Assembly (NCBI GenBank): GCA_965202585.1
Contig: OZ241829.1
Span: 22,568,001-22,632,000, forward strand
Direction: 5' to 3'
Source: Thalia democratica
Lineage: Eukaryota
Length of the DNA: 64,000 nucleotides
Positions 1 to 11,327 of this stretch are shown piece by piece (the stretch's first letter is position 1; the number at the start of each line of letters is the position of its first letter). Both the position numbers and the translations under genes were made by a program. The notes beneath the pieces were generated by a model. It ran no database searches. It was not told the DNA's origin and saw nothing but the letters and a program-made list of their open reading frames with translations.

Positions 1-54
1 GAAGTCAAACAAGTTTTCATTTCTATACTATCTTTTACACTACATTTTAAAAAA

Positions 55-696
55 TAAGTATCATACTTCGGGCTTTGTCAATTCATCAAGTCTCTACTGA
101 TCCCTCATATTTGTATAAAATTACTAACACACATAAAACCACATACAGTTATAATATACATAAATATTTACACATATACTCCACCAAAAACATCCAACTT
201 CAGGCCTTGTAAATTTAATTTGGTCTTGTTAGTCTCTCATAAGTACACATAAAACTTTTCACAAAACTTATATATACAATTTGTAGATTTTTACAGATAC
301 TTATTGATAGAAACAATTACAAACACAAGTACACATACAAATACACCTCAGTAAGTTTATCAAGTCTCTGCAGATGCCTCAAAACAACATACATAACTTT
401 ACTCTCAAAAATAAATAAAAAACATATATTTATAAAATCACAATCTAATCACAAATCTAATCATAAATAACAATCACACAAAATATATATCTATAAACAT
501 CATACCTCAGGCCTTGTAAGCTCATCAAGTCTCTGCTGATCCCCATAATAACCAAACACACTAATAGAAGTTAAACATAAAAGTACATAAAATCACAAAC
601 CTCAGGCCTTGTGAGTTCGTCTAATCTCTGCTGATCCCCCATAATAACCAAACACACTAATAGAAGTTAAACATAGAAGTACATAAAATCACAAAC
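55..696 (-). repeat. Decayed tandem copies of the DNAJC11 exon-3 3' end plus donor
   Basis: Motif ctcaggYcttgtaagctcatcaagtctctgYtg recurs at about 601, 506, 347, 200 and 66; the nearest copies are spaced 96 and 95 nt apart. Confidence 0.85.
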
Positions 697-869
697 CTCA
701 GGTCTTGTAAGCTCATCAAGTCTCTGTTGGTCCCTCATCCTCTGTATCTGCTCGTACTCCATCCTCATCTCTTCTGCGGTCTTCTTCCTCTCCACCAACC
801 TCCATTCGGCGTTCAACCCCGCTTTACCGTACTCGTTGTATATGTGCCGTTTCGTTGGGTCGGATAGCA
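697..869 (-). CDS. DNAJC11: DNAJC11 coding exon 3 (173 nt)
   Basis: ACAG|TG acceptor (phase 1), GAG|GTTTGT donor; overlaps ORF 667..882. Confidence 0.93.
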
Positions 870-3800
870 CTGTGTTAAACACTATATTTAAAACTAAATA
901 TAATTTATATAAACCTCATTTGATATACTTTTGCTATATGTAGTGTTTTGTTGGCTTGGAAAGGGGTTTATATTTATATGAAATTTTAAATATTTAACTT
1001 AATAGTTCAACCCTACTTTCTCGTACTCATTGTATATATAATATCAGACAAAGTACTGTGAAAACGAATAAATTAAACATTTTATTATTTTACATATTTC
1101 AAATCAGCTTTGTCGTAATTGTTGTATATGTGGCGTTTTGTTGGGTCATACAGCACTGTGTGATATAACAAGTTTAAATATTTTACTAAATGAAGAAGTG
1201 TTTTGTTCGCAAAATTTAAGTATGGTTTATCCTGAGGTGCTAAAAATTATTTTTCAAGTTAGCTTAATGATTATTTCAACCCAGCTTTTCCGAACTCATT
1301 GTACATGAGCCGTTTCGTTGGGTCAGAGAGTAGTAGAAATAATGATGTATTTAAATATTTTATTTAATCATAATTTTAAAGACTTGTTGTATTTATTGTA
1401 AATGTGGCGTTTTGATGGATTGCAATGATCTAGAAAAAAGTATATGTTAAAATATTTAATTTAATTGTTCATTCCCGGATTTTCATACTCATTGTATAAA
1501 TGGCTCTTTGTTAGATCTGAAAGTACTGTGTATTTCTTTATATTATATTTTATTTATATTTAAACATAACTTGCCGTGTTTGTTGCATACGTTGCTTTGT
1601 TGGGTTCGTTTGTTTTGTTGTATTAAATATTTTTTATTACGTTGTATGTATAATGATTACAGATTAACAGAAATTTTTTCTGTTTTGTTATATAAACAGC
1701 TTTTAGTAGTTTAAAAGCAGTTTACAGGAATTATAGATAGGTCATAAAATAGTTTAACACAGTATTATGAGGCTTAGCAATAAGTTAAAACAATGAAACT
1801 ACGGCTATATGACAAAGGTGGATTAACCACTTACGGCCCATTAAGTAAAAATCTCTATGCTAATAATGTATTCATAACTTAAAACAAGTTGAGAAAAACG
1901 AATAAAATTAAATTATTTATGCCAAATGATCTTTTACGTGATCTTAATTAGATTTCACTTCACAATACTGCTTTTAAAATGTCTTTTATTAATTCAAGTG
2001 TAGATCTAAAAAATTACAAGTAATGCAATAAATTATTTTTGACTTGCCAGAAAAACTCTTTCTAGTAAATCTGGTCTGCCAAGTAAAAACTCACCCTACC
2101 AGGCTGTCTTGCTTGTTTTTGTAGTTCTTATTTTTTATCTATAAAAGGTGATTTTCATAGCTTAATAAAATTTAAAGTAGTTTTAAGATCAAATGGTATC
2201 AAGTTAGAGAGCTTAAAAGTTTGTAGGCAATCAAAAAATTTATTTCTTACAAATTTTAAGTTACTAAATAAAAACTATAAAGTTATTATTATTTAACTTG
2301 TAATGCTACATTTCTAAAATTGAGAAAAAAGAAAATATTTTTGGAAGGCTTTGGATTGTATTTTTTAACCTAAAGTATAAAAGTTCAAAAACATTTAACG
2401 AAATAAAATTTTAAAACTTGTTTGTGACGCAAAAACAGAAAAACAGATAAACTTTCAATCAACTTCAATGTCCAATGAAACATAAAATAATTAAGTTGTA
2501 GTTTAAATGACTGTGTACAAAACTTTTAACAAACAAATATCAAAAAAAAAAAAAAAAAATTCTTTGAACATTGACTTATAGTACTTTAAGCTTTCATATA
2601 AGAGCCGACAACAAGTTTTGCAGAAAAACACTAGAACTGTCTGAATGGCTGTATACAAAAGATGTCAGACTAGTCTAAAAAAATACTTTCATTTATTTGT
2701 GATCATTTATCTTCACTAAACTCTTAATTTCAAAAAATGATGTTATGGAATTATTATTTAGCAAAACAGTCAATAATATACATTGAATCCAGATGTCATT
2801 TTCCAATCAATTTAATTTTGAAAGTCTTAGCTTTAAAGTTTATATATATTTTTTTAATCATTAATTTATAGTATATTATCAACAATATATGAAAAGTAAG
2901 TCAAAATTAACAAAAAAATATTCATCAAAAAGTTTTGAGTTCTAAACATCAAAAAATTCAAAATAGACATAATGGAAATATTTGGAAACTTTCTATAATA
3001 CATAAAACAAATTAAAAACAAACAAAGCAATATTTTTTAACAAACTAACCACTGTATGCTTCTTGGAGTTTGGAAAATATGTCAGAGGCGTGCTTTTGAT
3101 TCTTCTCATCGTGTTTGTCAGGATGGTAGATCACACACAACTTGTGGTAGGCATTTTTCAATTCTTCCTGGGTTGCCTGTTGATTAGTTGTTTGGGTAAA
3201 GTTTTACTGCTACTTATGTGATGACTGTGAAATCACAATTGTTAAACATTTAAAATAAATTAAGCAAAAAGATTCTTAAAAACTTTATTTGCAAATATCT
3301 ACTCATACAGTAAAATGTTTAAAACATTTATTAAAAGTTCTACAAAAAAAATTAAAAACCAATCAAAAAACTATACTGTTAAATTAAGTTTATCGAAGTG
3401 TCATTTATTACGTTTAAAATAAAAACTTTACTTTTATCTTATTTTAGTATTAACTCGCATGATTACCTTAACATTAAAAACCTCTTAAAAAAAACTGAAA
3501 AATAAATTAATTTACATACAGTTCTTCGTATATACTAGAGTGGCAATACAGGGACTACCAACAGTAATCTCTGGAAAATGATGTTTTTTAGCTTCATCTC
3601 AAGTGAATTAAACAAATAATTTTAAAATAACTATAGTTTAACTTTAAGGACTAGTATTGTTAGATTAAATAAAACTTTATATAATTAAAATTTTATCAAT
3701 AGTTTAATTTTGAAGAATGCTTTCAAATTTTTTAGTACAGTTCCTCAAAAATATGATGTTCCCAAAAAAAATCTTTTTGATTATCTGGCTTGCCAGCAAA

Positions 3801-4373
3801 AAATAAAGACTACCTCTAATTAATTTTGTTGTATTTTTAATAAACTTTCTTATAAATTATAAAACTTTTTTGAAATGATCATTAAAAAGAGATTTGTCAC
3901 TAGGCAACTAAAATCTTTAAATACTGTGTTTTTTTTTACAATCAGATTCTGATTTTTTGTTTTGTTTTTACAAGTAATTTTTTTAGGTTTGTAATGAGTT
4001 TCTTGTTGTAGTATAAAAAATTACTATGCTTTTTTGTGCAATAAAAACTTTGTGAATATTGAAGTATATTGAAAAATCTTCTTGCATTTATAAGATTTAT
4101 GTTACATATTTTCAAAATAATATCATTTTAAAGTAAAAAAAATCAACATTACTATTATCTAAAATTTAAATAAACATAAATAAAGTAAATCTTATTTTCA
4201 GTTTTTAAAGTTGTTAAAAATTGTTTACACAACTAGATCGAAATTTTAAGTTCAGTTTTTTTATTTAAATTTTAGTTAAAAACATAAATACAAAAACAAA
4301 CCTCCCTTTCCACATTGAGCAAACTGTAGAAATCTTCATTGTCTATTAATTCTTCCAAACCTCCTAAATTCAT
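697..4373 (-). CDS. DNAJC11: DnaJ homolog subfamily C member 11, 5' partial: join(4373-4302, 3176-3050, 869-697); continues beyond the left edge
   Basis: Spliced translation MNLGGLEELIDNEDFYSLLNVERE|ATQEELKNAYHKLCVIYHPDKHDEKNQKHASDIFSKLQEAYS|VLSDPTKRHIYNEYGKAGLNAEWRLVERKKTAEEMRMEYEQIQRMRDQQRLDELTRPE. J-domain with HPD, plus DNEDxYSLLNV and W-x-x-VERxxT-x-x-E motifs typical of DNAJC11. GT-AG sites with compatible phases (0,1,0). Confidence 0.93.
1000..1535 (-). repeat. Decayed tandem copies of the DNAJC11 exon-3 acceptor plus 5' end
   Basis: Variants of tactcRttgtatatgtgccgtttcgttgggtc...cactgtg at about 1010-1060, 1110-1165, 1278-1335, 1390-1425 and 1475-1535. Confidence 0.8.
3050..3176 (-). 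CDS. DNAJC11: DNAJC11 coding exon 2 (127 nt, J-domain HPD)
   Basis: ACAG|GCA acceptor, AGTG|GTTAGT donor; ATQEELKNAYHKLCVIYHPDKH...LQEAYS. Confidence 0.93.
4302..4373 (-). CDS. DNAJC11: DNAJC11 coding exon 1 (72 nt)
   Basis: ATG at 4373-4371; MNLGGLEELIDNEDFYSLLNVERE; donor GAG|GTTTGT. Confidence 0.88.
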
Positions 4374-5457
4374 GAATGTGCATTAAAAGTTTCAAAACAA
4401 AATACTGAAAAAGTAAAAAAATAAAATCAACAAAATGCTAATACATAAGGTTAATAGGAAAAAAACTGAGTAAACGACTCATTAAATATGTATTGGCTAT
4501 TTTTATATATACAAATTAAATATATATATTTTTTGATTAGACCTTTTTTGATTTTTATTTAATCTTTATGTAAATATTTCATAATTTTTATTTATTGAGA
4601 TCTATACATTGCTTAAAATTAACTATGGTTAATAATGTTTAATTTCATGCACTTTTCTTTTGATTTGAAAGAGTTTAATGTCTTGTTATCTTATTGTTTT
4701 ATGATAGATCAATGGAATTTTTGTTTCTGCTGTAGGCATCAGACTACAGTTTTCAATCAAGATTTCTTTAGATGTGTGACTTTGATATAATTTAATGTAA
4801 TAAAAAAGTAGTTGTAGAAGACAAATTAATAAAAACCTAAATTGTAGTTTACTGAAACCAGCTTAACAGCTGATACAGCACATTTTTGCTTGCAATGCAT
4901 ACAATAAGTTTATGTCTGATTGATGCAACTACATTTAGTTTTAAGAAATACTTGAATAAAACCTTATAAGGTTTTATTTAGAATTTTATCAAATGCATTA
5001 TGGTAAATGTTCTTTCAATCATAGAACTTTATGTTTAAAGTCAACAAGATGCTTTACAACAAAAACAATTAAAACATAATTTCAATTAATTTCTTCTTTT
5101 AAGTTTAGTAACCTATTTTTCTTGTTAAAATCATAGTGCAAACTTTTTTAGAAAGCTAATAAGTTAAATCTCATAATTTTTAAGGGTTAACACAAAAACA
5201 AGTCAGCTTGAGTTATTAAGAAAATTGAAAAAAAGTACTACCAATTAAATACTGAAAAATAATTACTTTTTACCAAGCTTAAATACTTAAAAATACCAAC
5301 AAATAAATAAATAAATAAAAAATTAAGATTAAAAAAACTAAGTTGAAAAAACTTTGTTAAAAATTACAAACTAGCCTTAGTTATTTTGAATAGCCTGAGT
5401 ATTTGATAAGGAAATTGTTAATTTTGTTAAAAGGTTATTCCTATAAATATTTAGGCT

Positions 5458-6110
5458 GGGAACGGGTCAAAATCGCACAAGGGCACAAAATTGCACAAAG
5501 AGAAGTTTTCACAAAGGGGACAAAATTCCACAAAGTAACGAAACTGCACAAAAGAAATTTTGCACCAAGGGTCAATTTTGCCCAAAAGTAAAAGAAAAAA
5601 AACAATAAACTAATAAGAAAACAAAAGTTACTGACTGAGGGTAAGGGCTAGGGGTAACAGTGATAGTATAAATAAATAAAAAAATATTAATAAAAATTAT
5701 GATTAAAACAACAGGAAAACTAAAAAATAAAAATAAATTAATTAAAAAAACTACCTACAAAGGGTAAGGGTTAAGGGTAACAGTGATATTAAAAAAAAAT
5801 CAAATAGTAAAAAAAAAAATAATAATAATTAAAGATACCAACCAAAGATAAGGGTTAGGGGTAACAATGATAGTAAAATAAAATAAATAATCGAGCTATA
5901 AAAAATTATAATTAAAAAAAAGTTATAATTAATAAAAAAATAATCCCTTTCAAAACTGTCTATATGCAAATATGTGTGCAAAATTGTCTGCCTGTGCAAA
6001 AATGTCCCCTCATGTAAAAGTGTCTTCATGCAATTTAGTCACCTCGTTCAAAAGTGTCTTTATGCAATCTTGTGCAATTTTGTACGCTAGTGCAAATTTG
6101 ACAGCTACCC
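5458..6110. mobile_element. Non-autonomous DNA element (MITE-like), GG...CC ends, about 9-bp target duplication
   Basis: Left end GGGAACGGGTCAAAATCGCAC; right end GTGCAAATTTGACAGCTACCC; inverted subterminal gcacaa/ttgtgc arrays; flanks ATTTAGGCT / GTTTAGGCT; three internal GGGTWAGGGGTAAC repeats. Confidence 0.7.
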
Positions 6111-7594
6111 GTTTAGGCTACTTTAATTTTTTAAGGACTTTAAGTATGAAGTATGTAACAAAAATTTAATTTAATAAACCCTTATCTTCAGTTCAGAGTT
6201 ATTTGTGCACTGTACACTGTTTGTTAGTAGTAATTACTTTTTAACATCAGCTTATTAAAAAAGGTAATTTTTAAGGCTTTACAAAGTGTATAGATAAGAG
6301 TTTTCCAAAATGGGCATTATCACACCCTTAGGAGCAATTTTGACTTTCAGGAGGCATTAACTAGTGAGGTGACAAAAAATTAAATGGTTAATATACTGGT
6401 AAAACGGTTATGATTATTAAAGAGCGTGATTAGAATTTAAATTTCTGGAATGTGGGAGATTATGAAAATGAGTTTAAGGTATTTTAGTACTAAGTCTTAA
6501 ACAAAAACTTTAAGTATGAACTGTAAACTGCAAAATCTAAAACAATTTTTAGAAAATATTTATTTCATAATAAGTTTTAATTACATTTTTTGGACCAAAA
6601 AAATAATCTTCAATTTTCTTATAAATTAAAAAAATTACTAATAATCTATATTTTTAATTTTAAAAGAGACCTCAAATTTTCAGGTAAAATTTCTAAAGTA
6701 GCATTTAAAACTTCACATGTTGATTTTTTATAATATTTTAAAAAGCACTCAGTAAAATGTTGATAAAATTATTAGAGACTATAGTTATCAATTGTGATGT
6801 CAAAACAAACTATTTTTAAGTTTTGTGAAAAGTGAGTTTTAATTAAAACATATAAATAACTTTTCACTTTAAAACATACTCCCAATTTAAACTATATGCT
6901 TCATTAAATTTTGTAAAAATGATTTAAAAAAAGTTTTTCAAAGTCACCATATTTAATAAACAAAATCTTAAACTTTTTAGAGGTTTATAGCTAAAAATTT
7001 TCTAAAAACTTTTTTAAGTAAAAAATTTAAATGCTTTCTACCTAAAAAACTTTATTTAAGGATGTCTAGGCACTCTACATTACAACAGTATTTTGTCATA
7101 TAAAAATCTAATTAAAGGCAGATATATTAAAAATGCTTTAAATTTATATGTTGACTAATTTGTATGCTGGTCAACAAAATTCTCAATCTCTGTGTCACAT
7201 TGCAATATGCTTCAGTATTTTTGAATAATATTAGTTTACTGTCAAAAAGTTTTGAAGAATCTCAAAAATTTCTTTATAAGGATATAGTTTTTTTTTCTAG
7301 ATATTTTATAAAAATTAATTTATTACTTAAGTTTTATTATTACAAACGCAAGTTGACCAAGTAACATAAATTTGTATGAGAATTAATATATACTTAATAA
7401 ATGGGTGTGCACAAAACTTTTCATTAGTTATCTTCTGTGCACATTTTTTAAGTTAGATATTATTTGAGGGTTATTAGTTGACTAAAGGGGAAACTCATGA
7501 TGATATTATTAATCAACTAAAGGACATAAGGGTGGTAAGTGATTTTTTAAAATCTTACTTTTTACACAACTGCTAAGAAATTAGCTTAAGTTAA

Positions 7595-8263
7595 AGGCCA
7601 TAGGGGGGTGCATAATTTTTTTTTTACAAAAATTAACTTTGGCTTTTATATGAAAGCTTTAAATACAGACTACAAGCCTGTTTTTATAGAATTCAAAAAT
7701 TCATTTAACTTTTGAGATATTTTACTTTTTGTAAAAAGTTTTAAATACAAACGTATGGACTGCAAATTTTTTGGGTCAATTTTCTTGGAAATTTAAAAAT
7801 TCACTAAAAATCTATCTCCTTCATTTTTCAAGCAATCTTTTTCAATCTTTCAGAAAATGTTCATCATATAAAAGAAAAAACATTACTTTAGAATTTAAAC
7901 AACGTAAAAAAAAGATAATTATTGCAAAAATAAAAGTGTTTTTTTTGTCAAAAAAATAATATTTTTACATTTTATTTTTAAATTCTAAAGTAAACTTTTT
8001 TTGTTATTGTATAAAGATTAGACTGTGAAAGTTTAAAGAAGATGTAGGAGGAGATAGGTTTTAAATAAAATAGTCATTTTTCGCTGTTTTAGTTTTCCCT
8101 TTTCATAGGAAACCCATTATGCGGCCCGAATTTGACTAGTTATATCTAAAAAATAATTTGAATTTTTTAAAACGATAAAAATCATCTTTAAGCTTAGAAT
8201 AAACTCTTTAAAATAAGATTAACTTGTAAAAAACATGGTATACCTCCCCCTTCCCTATGGCCA
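7595..8263. mobile_element. Possible old MITE (Kolobok/TTAA-like)
   Basis: Inverted GGCCATAGGG ... CCCTATGGCC, preceded by TTAA on the left; right flank degenerate. Confidence 0.35.
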
Positions 8264-10114
8264 TAACTTTGATCATTTAAAAAATCTAAAGTAACTTATA
8301 AAATAAAGAAAGTCAATGTTTGATAGTTTCAGATTATAGGTTCTTTATGAAAGGCAAAAGAAAAATACTTTATTAAAACTTACCTCCTCTTACAACTTTT
8401 GAGCAATTTTTTTCAAATCTAACAGTCTAACATTTTTAAATCTTTGAAATTTTTTTTTAAGTTTTTTAACTACTTTTTTATTAATAAACAAAATAAATAG
8501 ATCATTTTGAATATTATTGTACTTGTTTTACCAGAGTAATGAGTATTTTAAAGTTCTTTCAAATATTAGTATAATTATTTTTATTTAGTATAAGTTAGGA
8601 CCATTCTGTCTCAACAGTTTTAAAAAATTGTCTAGATTTTGAACAAAATATCATGCCATTAACTTATAAATGTTAAAAAATCAAAATGTGTTTCTGATAA
8701 ACCAACTAACTTACATATATGTTTTTAATTAAAAGAACATATAGTTTAAAGATACATTCAAATAAGTAAAGGTTACCCTTTAAAACAAAGGATTACACAG
8801 GAACAACATTCTAAAGTTTGCTATAATATTTCACAAAGTTAAGTCCCAGCTTACATTGTTTTAGTTGTGTTATAATTTAATTGATTTAAACTTTTTTGTT
8901 TATTGTTTTTGTATTGCAAGTTATTTTTAAATTGATTTAAGTTGTTAAAATTTAAAAATAAAAAAGGTAAACTTTTTATGAGGTTATGTTATATATTTTT
9001 GCTTTCATTAATTGACTTTATTCATTTTGTAATTTAATGCGCACCTAATGCAGGTATGTACCTAACCAATGACTTTACTTTTTTGAATAAAAGCAGAATG
9101 TAGAAATTTGAACCTGGTAGCAAATGTATATTGAATATCATATAAAATTGAAACAAGTTACTGCAAGTTCTTTCTACCATTAAAAAAATAATAATAATGT
9201 TGCGTGTGCTCAAATTCGTGTGTATATTAAAAAAAAACTGCTTAAGAAAAAAATTACATAAGAAAATTCTTAGATAACTTTATTATTGATAAACTTTTAA
9301 TAGCATCATTTTTGTATTTATGTTAGTAAATACTTGCTTGGGGATAGCTTCTGGATTTTCCCACACTTAGTGGCTTTTAATGTTTAGATTTCAACCTTGA
9401 GGGAGTTTGTTAAATTATATGACACAAAGGTTATTAATTTTAAATAAATCTTTTTCTTTTTACTTTTACATAAAGTTTATCATTGAACAGGAAGTAAGTA
9501 CTGGTGTTTTTTACCAAAAAAAAGTTTGCTGAATTTTAAATTGCATATTGATGATTGAACTTTTGGTTTTTGTGTTATAGTTGTTATCATGAGTTTAGTT
9601 TAACAAAAACACTGTTTTGTTTGATCTTGTTTAATTGAAACATTATATGTTTTTCTAGTGATATTTACTATTTTATCATAAATATTAGCATTATATTTTC
9701 AAAGAACCAAAAAGTATGTGAAATATTTAAAAGGCAGTATCAACTTTAACAGCTTATATTTTCCTTTAGTTTAAAAGAATTTTTTTATGTGTGTTCATAT
9801 AAAGTTTAAATTTACTTTTGTTGCTTTTTTCTCTTAGTGACAATACATGCATCCATAATTTATTATTGAATAACATCTGCTTGTGACCGTTTTGGACTAA
9901 AAGCAAAATTTGAATTTGGGTTTTGATGCATTATTAAATAATACTACTATACTTATCAAAACGAAAAAACTATATATAAACACACATTTTAAGTGTAAAA
10001 GTTTATTTTATACATATTAATAAATATAAAACTAGAAAAATTAAATTTATAAAATACTACCACACTTTAGAACAACCAAAAAGTTGTTTTATCTATGAAT
10101 GGTACAATTGTTTG

Positions 10115-10245
10115 TTTATTGAGCGACAACACAAAAACACTCAACATATTTTTTTCTTGGACCTGGTGTACAAGAAAGCCTTTCGCAGCTATCGAGATTC
10201 GAGTCGCACACCTGTTTGATATCTTTTAACGTCTTGTCAAGGACA
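10115..10245 (-). repeat. Dispersed about 130-bp hairpin repeat, copy 1
   Basis: Reverse-strand homolog of 25095-25215 (ctggtgtac...cctttcg...gtcgcacacc...cttttaacgtcttgtc). Confidence 0.65.
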
Positions 10246-11327
10246 GAAATACTGACATAATTCAAAATAAATTGTTTAAATTTTACTACTGATCAAAAAA
10301 ATAATTTCTTAGCTACAAAACTTTTATTCGACACTCTAAAAATTAAGATTTGTGTAAAAAATCTATCATAAACATTTCTTTTATGAACTTATAGTAAACT
10401 TTTATTAACTAAACAGATAACTTTGCTAACTTAAAATTTGTTTTTAACTACGTTTACATGTAAAGAATGTGCCACAATATAGCTTATTAAATGCTATGAT
10501 TTTTTTCACACTTAACTCGTCAGGCACTTAGCATTTTTTTCAAGTTAGGTAAAAAGGGGACAAATTTTACAATTTAGATTTATTCAAAATTTATTTATAT
10601 TTCTCAGTCATTTACCCTTGCGAATTCTAGAATATACAAAAAAAGCAGCTATAGTTTGTAAATGAGAGAGTTAATCAAAAATTATAAATGTTAGTTTTTT
10701 AATTAATTATTAAAAATTAAACAGCTTTTAAAATTCCAAGTTTTTCACTTTACTACATAAAATTTTCTAAACTTAATGTTTCCATTCTAAGAGTTATCTT
10801 AGATTTTAACAACTTAGTTACTAATTAATTAGTATATGACATCTTGGTGTTTTGCTATCAGCTTCTTTTCAGAAAAAGCTTCTTGCAATTCGCAGCTTAT
10901 CAAACTACTTTTTCCATCTTTAATTTTTTTTTTCTAAAACATTCTGATACGTTAAAAGCTACATTTTAGCTGTGAATTTATTAAATACAGATATATAAAA
11001 TATTTTTTTTAGTTTCACCAAACATAGTTTAAACTTAAAAGCTGTAATTTTTTTTTATATAAATCTTATTTTTATACTTTAATCTCTGTTAGATTATACG
11101 AACTAAACTTAAGTTGAATACGTTAATCATAATAATTATTTAATTTTATTGTATCAATTAACACATCATAAATTTAAAATTAAACCCAGACAAAAAATAT
11201 AAGAAACTAAATTACGTAAGAATAAAGAAAAATTAATTTATAGTTTATATATGTTATTTATGTTTTTACATTAAAAGGAAATTGCTGATCGCAATAATGA
11301 TTTTGAGAAAAGAAAGGTAAAAATTCT

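Noticed and set aside
5638-5870. Interstitial telomere or chromosome fusion site
   Set aside because: Only isolated GGGTTAGGGG motifs inside a dispersed element; no TTAGGG array
5403-6169. Short ORFs 5403..5591, 5829..6029, 5972..6169 (and 33478..33684)
   Set aside because: They arise from 18-bp subterminal repeats of a MITE; no protein motifs
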